NCBI GenBank assembly: GCA_044869275.1
Contig: JBIOXB010000242.1
Coordinates: 1-43,271, forward strand
Direction: 5' to 3'
DNA length: 43,271 nucleotides
From: a bacterium
GTDB taxonomy: Bacteria > Zhuqueibacterota > Zhuqueibacteria > Zhuqueibacterales > Zhuqueibacteraceae
Below, one piece after another: positions 17,914-26,478 of the stretch. Position 1 is the stretch's first letter. The number at the start of each line of letters is the position of its first letter. Both the position numbers and the translations under genes were made by a program. The notes below the pieces were generated by a model that saw only the letters and a program-made list of their open reading frames with translations, had not been told where the DNA came from and searched no databases.

Positions 17914-20900
17914 TCACGCCACGCTCTCCGGCTCAAAAGCCCTTTCGGGCACGCCGTTGTATTTGCCGTTCGTCACGCCGGCCTTCTTCCGGCTCAAGCG
18001 CATGCGTAATCCTTCCACATAGGTGTAGATCACCGGTACCAAAACCAATGTAAGCAGCGTCGAGCTGACCAGCGCGCCGATGACGACGACGGCCATACTT
18101 TGACGGATTTCAGAGCCTGCGCCCAGTGCCAGGGCGAGCGGCGCCATGCCGAGAATCATGGTGAGCGTGGTCATGATGATCGGGCGCAAACGCGCCGGGC
18201 CCGCCTCGAGCAAGGCTTCACGCACAGAGAGACCGTTACGGCGCTGCTCGTTCGTACGATCGACCAGCAAGATGGCATTCTTCGTGACCAAGCCCATGGA
18301 CAGCAAAATGCCGATCATCGAAAACATGTTCAGCGTCTGGCCGGTCAAAGCCAGCGCACTCAGCCCGCCGACCATCGCCACCGGAATCGAAAACATGATC
18401 GTGAATGGATGCGCGTAGCTCTCGAACAGCGCCACCATGATCATATACACGAACAGCGCCGCGAACGTGATCGCGATCATCATGTCGCGGAACATGTCTT
18501 GCATGTTTTGCACGTCACCGGCATAGGCCACGGTGACGCCCGGCGGCAGCGCGAGAGTGGCGCCTTGCTTTTGAATCTCCGCCGTAATTTGCCCCAGCGC
18601 CACCGTACCGTCCAAGTTGGAAGCCACCGTGATCAAGCGCTCGCGGTCCTTGCGGCCGATCATGGTCGGGCCCTTACCGTAATAAGCGTCTGCGACTTGA
18701 TTGAGAAAAATGCGCTCGCCGCGATAATTCACCAGCGTCACTTTCTCCACGTCCGCGGGATTGCTGCGGTTTGACTTCGCCAGCACCACGCGCGTATCGA
18801 ATTCCGAATTGCCGTCTTTGAACTTCGTGGCAATATCGCCTTCCAGCGCGGTGCGCAGCGCCATGCCGATTTCACCCAAGGTCAAGCCGAACTGCGCCGC
18901 GCGATCGCGATCGACGGATACTTTGATTTCCGGCTGGCCTTCTTCCCACGAGCTTTTCACGTCGCGTGTGCCGGGCACACGGGCCGTGATTGCCGCAATT
19001 TTGTCCGCCACCGCTGCCAGCGTTTCGAGATCGGGGCCCTTCACTTCGATTTGCAACGGGGATTCTTGAGCCGCGCCGAACATGCTGATCGGGCTCATGC
19101 GAATGATCAGGCCGGGAATGGCCGCAGACTGCCGGGCGATGTCGTTCATCACTTGCGCGGTGCTGCGGCTGCGCTGGCGTTTGTTCTTCAACGTGACCGC
19201 GATCTGCGCAACGTTCGGGCGCTTCGTGCTCGACCATTCGCTTTGCGATTTGCCCACGGTGGCGAGATAGCGATCCACTTCCGGTATGCTCGCGAGAATG
19301 CCTTCCACCCGGTGCGAGGCGTTGTCGGTGAGCTCGAGCGCCGTGCCTATGGGCATTTCCAAGCTAATCGCAAATTCGCCGCGATCTGCTTCGGATATGA
19401 ACTCCGTGCCGATCAAACCCAGCGGCACCAACGCGAAGCTGGCGAGCAGCAGGCCAAAACTGGCGAAAATCACGGCCTTGCGATGATCCAGGCTCCATTC
19501 CAACAGGCGATGATAACGCTCGTTCAAACGCTCCTGCCAGGCCTCGAATTTCTCGATCAAGGCATGCAACCAGCGCCAGCGAATGGAGGTTTTGCCGGCG
19601 CGCGACCATTTCGAAGCGAGCATGGGTGTCAGCGTGAAGGAAACGAACAACGACAGCAGCGTGCTCACCACCACGGTCAAGCCGAATTCTTTGAAGATTT
19701 TTCCCACCAAGCCGCCGATCAACGCAATTGGCAAAAACACCACCACGTCCACCAGCGTGATGGCGATGGCGGCAAAGCCGATCTCGCTGCGGCCTTTGAG
19801 GGCTGCAGCTTTTGGCTCTTCGCCTTTTTCGAGATGGCGGTGAATATTTTCAAGCACGACAATGGAATCGTCAACCAGAATGCCGATCACCAGCGCCAGC
19901 GCCATCAATGACACGAGATTGATGGTGAAATCGAAAGCTTGCATCATGATGAAGGTGGTGATCAAGCTGGTCGGAATCGACAACAGCACGATGAACGAGT
20001 TGCGGAAGCTGTGCAAGAAAACAAATAGCACGATGGCCACCATCAGCACCGCCAGGCCGAGATCGCGCTTGACTTCATCCACCGAATGCCGGGTGAATTG
20101 CGTGATGTCCTGCGCGATCTCAAAATGAATGCGGCCCTGTTGCTCGGCCTCGATTCTCGCCAGTTCTCTGCGCGCCAAATCCGAGACTTGTACGGAATTG
20201 GATCCGGACTGGCGCTGCAGCATCAAACCCACTGCCGCCTCACCGTTCAAGCGCGTCAATGTGACATCTTCATTGTAAGAGTCCAACACTTTCGCCACGT
20301 CGCGCAGATACACTTTGTTGTCGCCTTCGGCGGTGAGCACGATATGCTGCATGGCCTCAGGCTGCGTGAATTTACCGGCGACGCGCACGATATACTGGCT
20401 CTCCGGCGAATTGATTTTGCCGGTGGGGAAATCCAAGTTTTCGCGCTGCAACGCCTGGCTCACCTGCAGGATGGAAAGATTGTAGGCGCGCAGGCGGTCG
20501 TTGTCAACCTCGATACGAATCTCGCGCTGCCGGCCGCCGGTGATTTCCACGCTGGAGACGCCGGGCAATTGCTCCAGCCGCGGTGCAATGTATTCGTCGG
20601 CGTATTGATACAAATCGCGCGCGTCCATGTTTTGACCGCTCATCGCAATGCGCACGATGGGAAAATCATTGATGTCGGATTTCGCCACCGTCGGGGCTTC
20701 GATTTCCTTGGGCAGCTCCACGCGCACGGCATCGACCTTGCGCTGCACTTCATTCACGGCCACTTCCACGTCGGTCGTAAACGAAAACTCCGCCAGAATC
20801 ACGGACACGCCCTCGTTGGAAAACGAGCGCACATGCTTCAAGCCGTTCAAGCTCGATAGCTTTTCCTCCAGCGGCTTGGAAACGGCAAATTCGACCTCTT

Positions 20901-21069
20901 TGGGTCCGGCGCCGGGATAAATCGTCACGACCGAAACCATGGGCCAGTCCATTTTGGGAAGCAAGTCCACGCCCATCTGCGTATAGGAGAAGATGCCGAG
21001 CGTGGCCAGGGCTACGAACACCATGGTAATGAACGCAGGCCGCTGTATGGATACTTGGGTCAGTTTCAT
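17914..21069 (-). CDS. RND efflux permease (AcrB/AcrD/AcrF family)
   Basis: 1051 aa; GILVDDSIVVLENI, TKNAILLVD, RLRPIIMT. Confidence 0.96.
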   Translation of the reverse strand: MKLTQVSIQRPAFITMVFVALATLGIFSYTQMGVDLLPKMDWPMVSVVTIYPGAGPKEVEFAVSKPLEEKLSSLNGLKHVRSFSNEGVSVILAEFSFTTDVEVAVNEVQRKVDAVRVELPKEIEAPTVAKSDINDFPIVRIAMSGQNMDARDLYQYADEYIAPRLEQLPGVSSVEITGGRQREIRIEVDNDRLRAYNLSILQVSQALQRENLDFPTGKINSPESQYIVRVAGKFTQPEAMQHIVLTAEGDNKVYLRDVAKVLDSYNEDVTLTRLNGEAAVGLMLQRQSGSNSVQVSDLARRELARIEAEQQGRIHFEIAQDITQFTRHSVDEVKRDLGLAVLMVAIVLFVFLHSFRNSFIVLLSIPTSLITTFIMMQAFDFTINLVSLMALALVIGILVDDSIVVLENIHRHLEKGEEPKAAALKGRSEIGFAAIAITLVDVVVFLPIALIGGLVGKIFKEFGLTVVVSTLLSLFVSFTLTPMLASKWSRAGKTSIRWRWLHALIEKFEAWQERLNERYHRLLEWSLDHRKAVIFASFGLLLASFALVPLGLIGTEFISEADRGEFAISLEMPIGTALELTDNASHRVEGILASIPEVDRYLATVGKSQSEWSSTKRPNVAQIAVTLKNKRQRSRSTAQVMNDIARQSAAIPGLIIRMSPISMFGAAQESPLQIEVKGPDLETLAAVADKIAAITARVPGTRDVKSSWEEGQPEIKVSVDRDRAAQFGLTLGEIGMALRTALEGDIATKFKDGNSEFDTRVVLAKSNRSNPADVEKVTLVNYRGERIFLNQVADAYYGKGPTMIGRKDRERLITVASNLDGTVALGQITAEIQKQGATLALPPGVTVAYAGDVQNMQDMFRDMMIAITFAALFVYMIMVALFESYAHPFTIMFSIPVAMVGGLSALALTGQTLNMFSMIGILLSMGLVTKNAILLVDRTNEQRRNGLSVREALLEAGPARLRPIIMTTLTMILGMAPLALALGAGSEIRQSMAVVVIGALVSSTLLTLVLVPVIYTYVEGLRMRLSRKKAGVTNGKYNGVPERAFEPESVA

Positions 21070-21100
21070 ATATCAATCATCCTTGGGAATATTTCTTAAT

Positions 21101-21270
21101 TGGATCGATGGATAGTTGGATTACTGGATTGATGGAGTGTTGGATTAATGCCATTGAAACGTGCACCATCCCAACAATCCAACACTCCATCAATCCAAAA
21201 ATCCAATCTTTCCTCACTCCACTACTCCATCAATCCAATAATCCGATCTGCCTCATTCCACCAATCCCAT
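21101..21270. repeat. Inverted degenerate tandem repeat, 8-bp period (TGGATTGA / TCCATCAA)
   Basis: Six TGGA units on the left and more TCCA units on the right; 21125-21146 and 21176-21197 are perfect 22-bp reverse complements. Confidence 0.9.
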
Positions 21271-22365
21271 TATTTGCTGCTGTTGCTGCACGCTGATTTT
21301 CGCACCCGCACTGAGGCGTTGCTGGCCGGAGACGACCAGATGCGAACCGGCGGTCAGGCCCTCAACGATTTGCACCTTGTCATCTTGCTGCAAACCGAGC
21401 TTCACTTCCACCCGCTTCGCCAGGCCATTTTCTTCGACAAAAACGTAAGGGCGATTGTCCGCCGTGAGTATTGCCGAACTGGGAGCCACCAATGCCCCCT
21501 GCACGCTTGCAACTTGCACGGAGGCGCGGCCGAACATGCCGCTTTTCAAAGACTCGGCCGGATCATTGGGCACCAGGATTTCGACGGAATAAGTCCGCTC
21601 GCTGTTGGCCTTCTGCGCCACGGAAAATACTTCGCCGGTGAATTTGCTGCCGGGCAGCGCGTCGGCGATGATTTCAGCAGTCTGGTGGTTGCGCAGCAGC
21701 GCGACTTCGTTTTCCGCCACACTGGTTTTGAGTTTCATGTTGCGGCTATTGACCACCACGCCGATGCGGTCGCCGGGCATCACCATCGCCGCTGCATTGA
21801 CGTAACGATCGGCCAATCTTCCCGCCAACGGCGCCTTGATGAAGGTGTCATCATACTGGCGTTGCGCCAGGCGCACGGCAGCTTCCGCGCCTTTCAATTG
21901 TGCTTCGGCGGCCTGCACGCCCAAGCGCGCGTTTTCCAGCACGCTTTGCGTGGTGATTTGCTGCTTGAACAACTCTTCATAACGTTCCAAATCTTTTCGC
22001 GCCTTGTCATCGTTCGTCTTGGCGGACAGCAATTGCGCTTTGGCCTGTTCCAGCGCGACTTGTTTTAAGTCGTTTTCGACTTGAACGATGGTCTGCCCTT
22101 TATTCAGCCAATCGCCGACTTGTGCCCGCACCGCGACGATTTTTCCATTGGTTTCGGAGATCACCGTGGCCTCATCCTCACCGACCAGCGTGCCGGAAAT
22201 CGTCAGGGTCTTGGTCACAGCGGCGGGCTGTAATGTTTGAATCGTGACCGCCAGCGGCAACGCCTCGCTCGCGCCGGATGAATTGTCATTGTTCCAGCGG
22301 CTCAAGGCGACAAAACTGATCACAGCCGTCGCAAGTATTGCGATGATGACGGTTTTCGTTTTCAT
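21253..22365 (-). CDS. RND periplasmic adaptor (membrane fusion protein)
   Basis: N-terminal TM, lipoyl halves (ISETNGKI...VGD; IKAPLAG), coiled coil, LKSGMFG; GAGGA RBS before ATG 22365. Confidence 0.92.
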   Translation of the reverse strand: MKTKTVIIAILATAVISFVALSRWNNDNSSGASEALPLAVTIQTLQPAAVTKTLTISGTLVGEDEATVISETNGKIVAVRAQVGDWLNKGQTIVQVENDLKQVALEQAKAQLLSAKTNDDKARKDLERYEELFKQQITTQSVLENARLGVQAAEAQLKGAEAAVRLAQRQYDDTFIKAPLAGRLADRYVNAAAMVMPGDRIGVVVNSRNMKLKTSVAENEVALLRNHQTAEIIADALPGSKFTGEVFSVAQKANSERTYSVEILVPNDPAESLKSGMFGRASVQVASVQGALVAPSSAILTADNRPYVFVEENGLAKRVEVKLGLQQDDKVQIVEGLTAGSHLVVSGQQRLSAGAKISVQQQQQIMGLVE

Positions 22366-22412
22366 AATGTCCTCACTTTCTATTTCTCTTAGCCTGTTTT
22401 TCCCATCCAGCA

Positions 22413-22565
22413 GGGGGAGACTTGGAGACGGGGAGACTTGGAGACGGGGTGACTGGGAGACGGGGAGACGGGGAGACTCGGAGACGGGGGTGACTGGGAG
22501 ACGGGGCCAGTTCAACCCTCTCCCCGTCACCCACTCACTCCGTCACCCACTCACCCACTCTCACC
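22413..22565. repeat. Inverted degenerate tandem repeat, 8-bp period (GGAGACGG x11 / CCCGTCA-CCCACTCA x about 6)
   Basis: Read directly; fills most of the spacer between the TolC-like and MFP genes. Confidence 0.9.
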
Positions 22566-23967
22566 TTCCCAACACGCCCATCGCGCGCGCCAACGAGGCC
22601 TTGGCCAGGAAGAAATCATAGCGCGCTTCGATGTGTCGGGCTTTGGCTTGGATATCGGCAACCACCGCATCGATGACATCGAGACTCGAAAGCAGGCCGA
22701 CTTGATACGAACTGTTGACGATGCGGGAATTCTCCTGCGATTCTTCCATGGTTTTCTCCGTGATCGCAATGCGCTTCTCCGCCGCCGCCAGATTCAAGGA
22801 AGATTGCTTGACCTGCAACTGCACCGCGCGCAAATAATCTTCGTAGAACTTGCTCACTTGCTGGTAAGTTTCACGTTCCCTCTGCACGCCGGCGTAATCT
22901 TGGAAACTATGAAAAACAGGAACGCTGGCGACGATGCCGAGCGACCAGGATTTGATGCTGTCGAAAGCCCAGGTATCATTGGCTTCCCAGTAATAATTGT
23001 AGGCGAGATTCACTTTGGGCAGCAGCGCCGAGCGCGCCACACCCACGACTGCCTTCTGCGCGGAGACGTCCGAGCGCACGGCGTGCAAGCCGGGATTATT
23101 GCGGATCGCGATGTGCATTTGTTCATCCAGCGTGTGCGGCGCCTCCCAACTGAAATCCTCCACTGGGGCCAGCGTGAACTCGCGTTCCAGTTCCTGGCCC
23201 AGCACGCGATTCAATGCTGCCTTGGCCAATTGCACGTCGTTTTGCGCGACGATCAGCGCATTTTCCGTGGTGGCGAGCGCGACTTCAAAGCGCAGCACTT
23301 CGTTGCGCGCGCGCATGCCCACGTCCAGCATTTTGCGCGAACTTTCCAAATATTCTTGCGCCGAACGATTGCTCTCTTCCGCTAAGGCCAGCAGCTCTTG
23401 CGCCTTCAAGACGTCAAAATAAGAATTGTAGGTATCGAAAATGACTTGCTGCCGCGTGTCTTCGTGTTCGGCATTGCTGCGCGAGTCGAGCGCTTGTGCA
23501 AAACTGAGCTGCGAGCGCAAGATGCCGCCATTGTAAATGGGCTGTACGATGCTGAAGGACGGGCCGTACGAATCCGCGTACGCACCCGGTCGCACGTTGT
23601 TCGTGATCTCTGGCGGAAAGGCGTCCTGGTTTTGTTGGACAAAGTTGTAGAACGCATTGGCGCGATCCAGCGTGCCCTGGTCAATGCGCGTATAGCGAAA
23701 ATCGAAATCGACTCTGGGCAAATAATCCAAATACGCTTTCTTGACGCCCCATTGTGAAGACTTTACACCGCTCGAGGCCGCTTGCAGAGAGGGGTTGCTT
23801 TGTAATGCAGTGTTGATCGCTTGCTCCAGCGTCAAAGGTTGTCCGTTCGGCGCGGGCGCTGCAGCGCCTGCCGTCTTTTCGGAACTCGAAGTGCGCGGTT
23901 GCGCCAGCACGTTGGAGAATAAGAAAACCATTAACAACAGCAGAGATGCTTGCTTCACACGACTCAT
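22561..23967 (-). CDS. TolC-family outer-membrane efflux protein
   Basis: Signal peptide MSRVKQASLLLLMVFLFSNVLA; LTLEQAINTALQSNP, QPIYNGG, two OEP repeats; GGAGG RBS. Confidence 0.9.
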   Translation of the reverse strand: MSRVKQASLLLLMVFLFSNVLAQPRTSSSEKTAGAAAPAPNGQPLTLEQAINTALQSNPSLQAASSGVKSSQWGVKKAYLDYLPRVDFDFRYTRIDQGTLDRANAFYNFVQQNQDAFPPEITNNVRPGAYADSYGPSFSIVQPIYNGGILRSQLSFAQALDSRSNAEHEDTRQQVIFDTYNSYFDVLKAQELLALAEESNRSAQEYLESSRKMLDVGMRARNEVLRFEVALATTENALIVAQNDVQLAKAALNRVLGQELEREFTLAPVEDFSWEAPHTLDEQMHIAIRNNPGLHAVRSDVSAQKAVVGVARSALLPKVNLAYNYYWEANDTWAFDSIKSWSLGIVASVPVFHSFQDYAGVQRERETYQQVSKFYEDYLRAVQLQVKQSSLNLAAAEKRIAITEKTMEESQENSRIVNSSYQVGLLSSLDVIDAVVADIQAKARHIEARYDFFLAKASLARAMGVLGR

Positions 23968-24023
23968 AGACTGCCTCCGTAACCCTGAAAAATGATCTTT
24001 GTGATATGAGGTTAGAATGGTGC

Positions 24024-24692
24024 TCAATTTGCAGCTACAGTTTGTGGCAGAATCTTCTGCTGATCGATTTCGGTGAGCGACTGGTTAGTGCCGGCCTTGC
24101 CGTTCGGATCGTCGCAGTGCTGGTGCTTGACCAGCAGCTCTTGCGGCCATTCCAGTGACCAATGTTCCTCCGTTTGCACTTGCGCGATCAACGCTTCCAG
24201 CCATTCCATTTCGAGCTGCATGTGCTTGTGCGCATTCTCGATCAAAAGATACCAATTGAAGGGAATCTCGCCCTTCAGCCGGCTCAAATGATCCTGCAAG
24301 TCCACGTCGCATTGCTTCAAATGCCCGCGGCGTTCCTGCAATGCAGCCAGCACGCGCTCGCGCGGCGCGCCCGTAATGAAGGCCACGCCCAAACCGAACA
24401 GCCATTCCGGGCGCTCATCTTCGCGCAAAAAGTACTCGACCATCTCGCTCAAACGTTCCCGCCCCTGCGGCGTGAGTGAATACACCGTGCGCTCTGGGGT
24501 GTTGCCGACCTTCTCTTTTTCAGATTTGATCAGCGCCTGTTCTTCCAGGCGGATGAGCGTGGTGTAAATCGAAGCTAATTTGATTTTCGCCCACCAATCC
24601 ATTTCCCGCCGCTTGATGTCTTGATGGATTTGATAGCCGTGCTTCGGCCCTTCTGCCAATAGGCCCAGAATTGCAATTTCATTTTTTGACAT
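24024..24692 (-). CDS. PadR-family transcriptional regulator
   Basis: ILGLLAEGPKHGYQI, SIYTTLIRLEEQALI, RTVYSLTPQG. Confidence 0.92.
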   Translation of the reverse strand: MSKNEIAILGLLAEGPKHGYQIHQDIKRREMDWWAKIKLASIYTTLIRLEEQALIKSEKEKVGNTPERTVYSLTPQGRERLSEMVEYFLREDERPEWLFGLGVAFITGAPRERVLAALQERRGHLKQCDVDLQDHLSRLKGEIPFNWYLLIENAHKHMQLEMEWLEALIAQVQTEEHWSLEWPQELLVKHQHCDDPNGKAGTNQSLTEIDQQKILPQTVAAN

Positions 24693-24724
24693 TTCTGCTC
24701 CGTATGGTTAAAATCACATCACGA

Positions 24725-24767
24725 GTATACTATTCGGATATAGAATAGTTTCGTACCGAATAACTAT
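24725..24767 (-). promoter_or_regulatory. Candidate PadR operator overlapping a TATACT -10-like hexamer
   Basis: ACTATTC-N7-GAATAGT (24729-24749); overlapping IRs TATTCGG/CCGAATA and ATAGTT/AACTAT; 35-75 bp upstream of padR. Confidence 0.6.
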
Positions 24768-25049
24768 TTGACCATGGCTTGAACATTTAATCAATGTGTC
24801 AATTTGTTCTACTATCTACGAAGACAGACTTCCTGCCTCAAAATTTATAGAGCTAAATTGGAGTTTCCACCATCAATAGTCATTTGGAAATTTCAATGCG
24901 CTTGATGCACAAACGCTCGGAGCTGGTTTGAAGCGGAATTACGTTGGATGAGGGGAAGATCACTTAGAAGAATTTCTTGGGTTGGTGGGTGAATCAGCGG
25001 TTCAGCAAACAGGCGGGATAATGAAGCAAAGCCATCACCCCATGCAGTT

Positions 25050-25841
25050 CTATTTTGTCAAAGTCGTTTTTAGGATTTCGCCTTCACGCAGAAGTTCAAT
25101 CGCCAGGTTTGCCGAGGTTTTGTGCGCGGCCAATTGCGCCGCGAAGGCTTTCATTTCGTCAACGTCAACCTCGTTCATGCGAATGATCACATCACCGGCG
25201 CGCAATCCCGCCTGCTCTGCCGGGCTGTCCAGGCGCACTTCGGAAATTAAAACGCCGGTCTTTCTGCCGAAGAACTGCTCCAGGCTGGGCGTCAAGTTTT
25301 GCACGGTGAAGCCCCAGCCTTGCGCAATGGCGTGCGGCGGCAGATCGGATTCGCTTTCCGGTGTGGCCTCTTGCTGTAACAATTGCGCGCTGCAATAAAT
25401 CGGCGCATCGACGCGCAGCGCCAGCGCAATCGCGTCGCTGGGCCGGGCATCGACTTTGTGCTTTTTTTGCGAGTGCTGCAACACCACTTCCGCGTAATAC
25501 GTGCCTTCGCGCAGGTCGGTAATGACGATTTTCTCCACCTGGGTCTCCACGGCTTTGAGAATCTGCGCCATCAAATCGTGCGTCAACGGCCGCGGCGCGG
25601 GCAGGCCTTCATAGCCCAGGTGGATCGCCAATGCCTGATCGTCGCCCACCACGATCGGCAGTATGCGCAGCCCTTCTTCTTCTTTCAGAATGACGATGAC
25701 TTGTCCGCTGGCGCGATTGCCGCGAATGCCCGCGATCTTCATGAGCACGTTTTGCTCCTGTCCGAGAGTCGAGCAAACCATGGTCGCTGCGGAAACGCTA
25801 AGCAAAAGCACGAGGGCGGGGGAGGCAATTTTTTTGGGCAT
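25050..25841 (-). CDS. Bifunctional nuclease (DUF151/BFN) domain protein with N-terminal signal-like peptide and C-terminal PDZ domain
   Basis: LPIVVG...A.AI, PRPLTHDL, DARPSDAIALALR (DUF151); GFTVQNLT...DSPAEQAGLRAGDVI (PDZ). Confidence 0.85.
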   Translation of the reverse strand: MPKKIASPALVLLLSVSAATMVCSTLGQEQNVLMKIAGIRGNRASGQVIVILKEEEGLRILPIVVGDDQALAIHLGYEGLPAPRPLTHDLMAQILKAVETQVEKIVITDLREGTYYAEVVLQHSQKKHKVDARPSDAIALALRVDAPIYCSAQLLQQEATPESESDLPPHAIAQGWGFTVQNLTPSLEQFFGRKTGVLISEVRLDSPAEQAGLRAGDVIIRMNEVDVDEMKAFAAQLAAHKTSANLAIELLREGEILKTTLTK

Positions 25842-25989
25842 GGCGCAATCCTGTGTGTTGTTCAGACTTGCGCGAATATCGGGAAAACCCGGCTGCGAAG
25901 CAATCAATTTTCCACGGCGATTGAAGTCAGACCTGCGCGCGAAGATTTCAAAAATAGATCCTGACGTAAAAGCGCAAGTCTGACTTCGC

Positions 25990-26044
25990 AAAAAAAGGGG
26001 AAAAAAGAAAGCCGCGCAGCATACTTCCTTGCCACACGGCTTTC
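25990..26044 (-). terminator. Rho-independent terminator
   Basis: Minus strand GAAAGCCG...CGGCTTTC followed by long T tracts. Confidence 0.65.
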
Positions 26045-26066
26045 GTTTATGGGGGAACCGGTTTTG

Positions 26067-26225
26067 CTAGCGGTGGGCCAAAGGAGAGAACATGCCAGAC
26101 AAAACCGGAAGGGGATCGGGATGCCAATCGACGAAATCGAGCGCTCTTTGCCGCCGGCGCAATTTCGAGCCACGGCCGAGGCGATATTTTTTCCCGCACC
26201 AAGTGCTGCTGCTGAAATTCATCAT
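26067..26225 (-). CDS. Possible 52-aa small ORF
   Basis: GGGAGG RBS, MMNFSSSTWCGKKYRLGRGSKLRRRQRALDFVDWHPDPLPVLSGMFSPLAHR*, followed by a terminator; below the ORF-track cutoff. Confidence 0.3.
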   Translation of the reverse strand: MMNFSSSTWCGKKYRLGRGSKLRRRQRALDFVDWHPDPLPVLSGMFSPLAHR

Positions 26226-26478
26226 ACCCGCCTCCCAACCACCCCTAAAATAGCGCAGCGCTGTTACAAGAGGATTAAGGTGAGGTTAAATTCTGGGCAA
26301 GACAATCTGCCGCGAGGAAAAACGCGGGCAATTTCGCCATTTGCCAAAAGATAAACGACTCGGGACGAAACTTTTCGAATCTTTCCATGAGGCCTTGCCA
26401 TGATCGCCATAAAACAGAATCGCCACGGAGTTCGCCGTGACGGTTTTGGCCTTGTTGACCGAAAGTAAGAAATAAGGC

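Noticed and set aside
22366..22530. N-terminal extension of the MFP (SPRLPVSQSPRL...) in the ORF track
   Set aside because: It is the translated 8-bp repeat; the RBS and TM segment support ATG 22365
21101..22565. Repeat arrays as a CRISPR array
   Set aside because: Units are 8 bp, contiguous and degenerate with no unique spacers, and there are no cas genes
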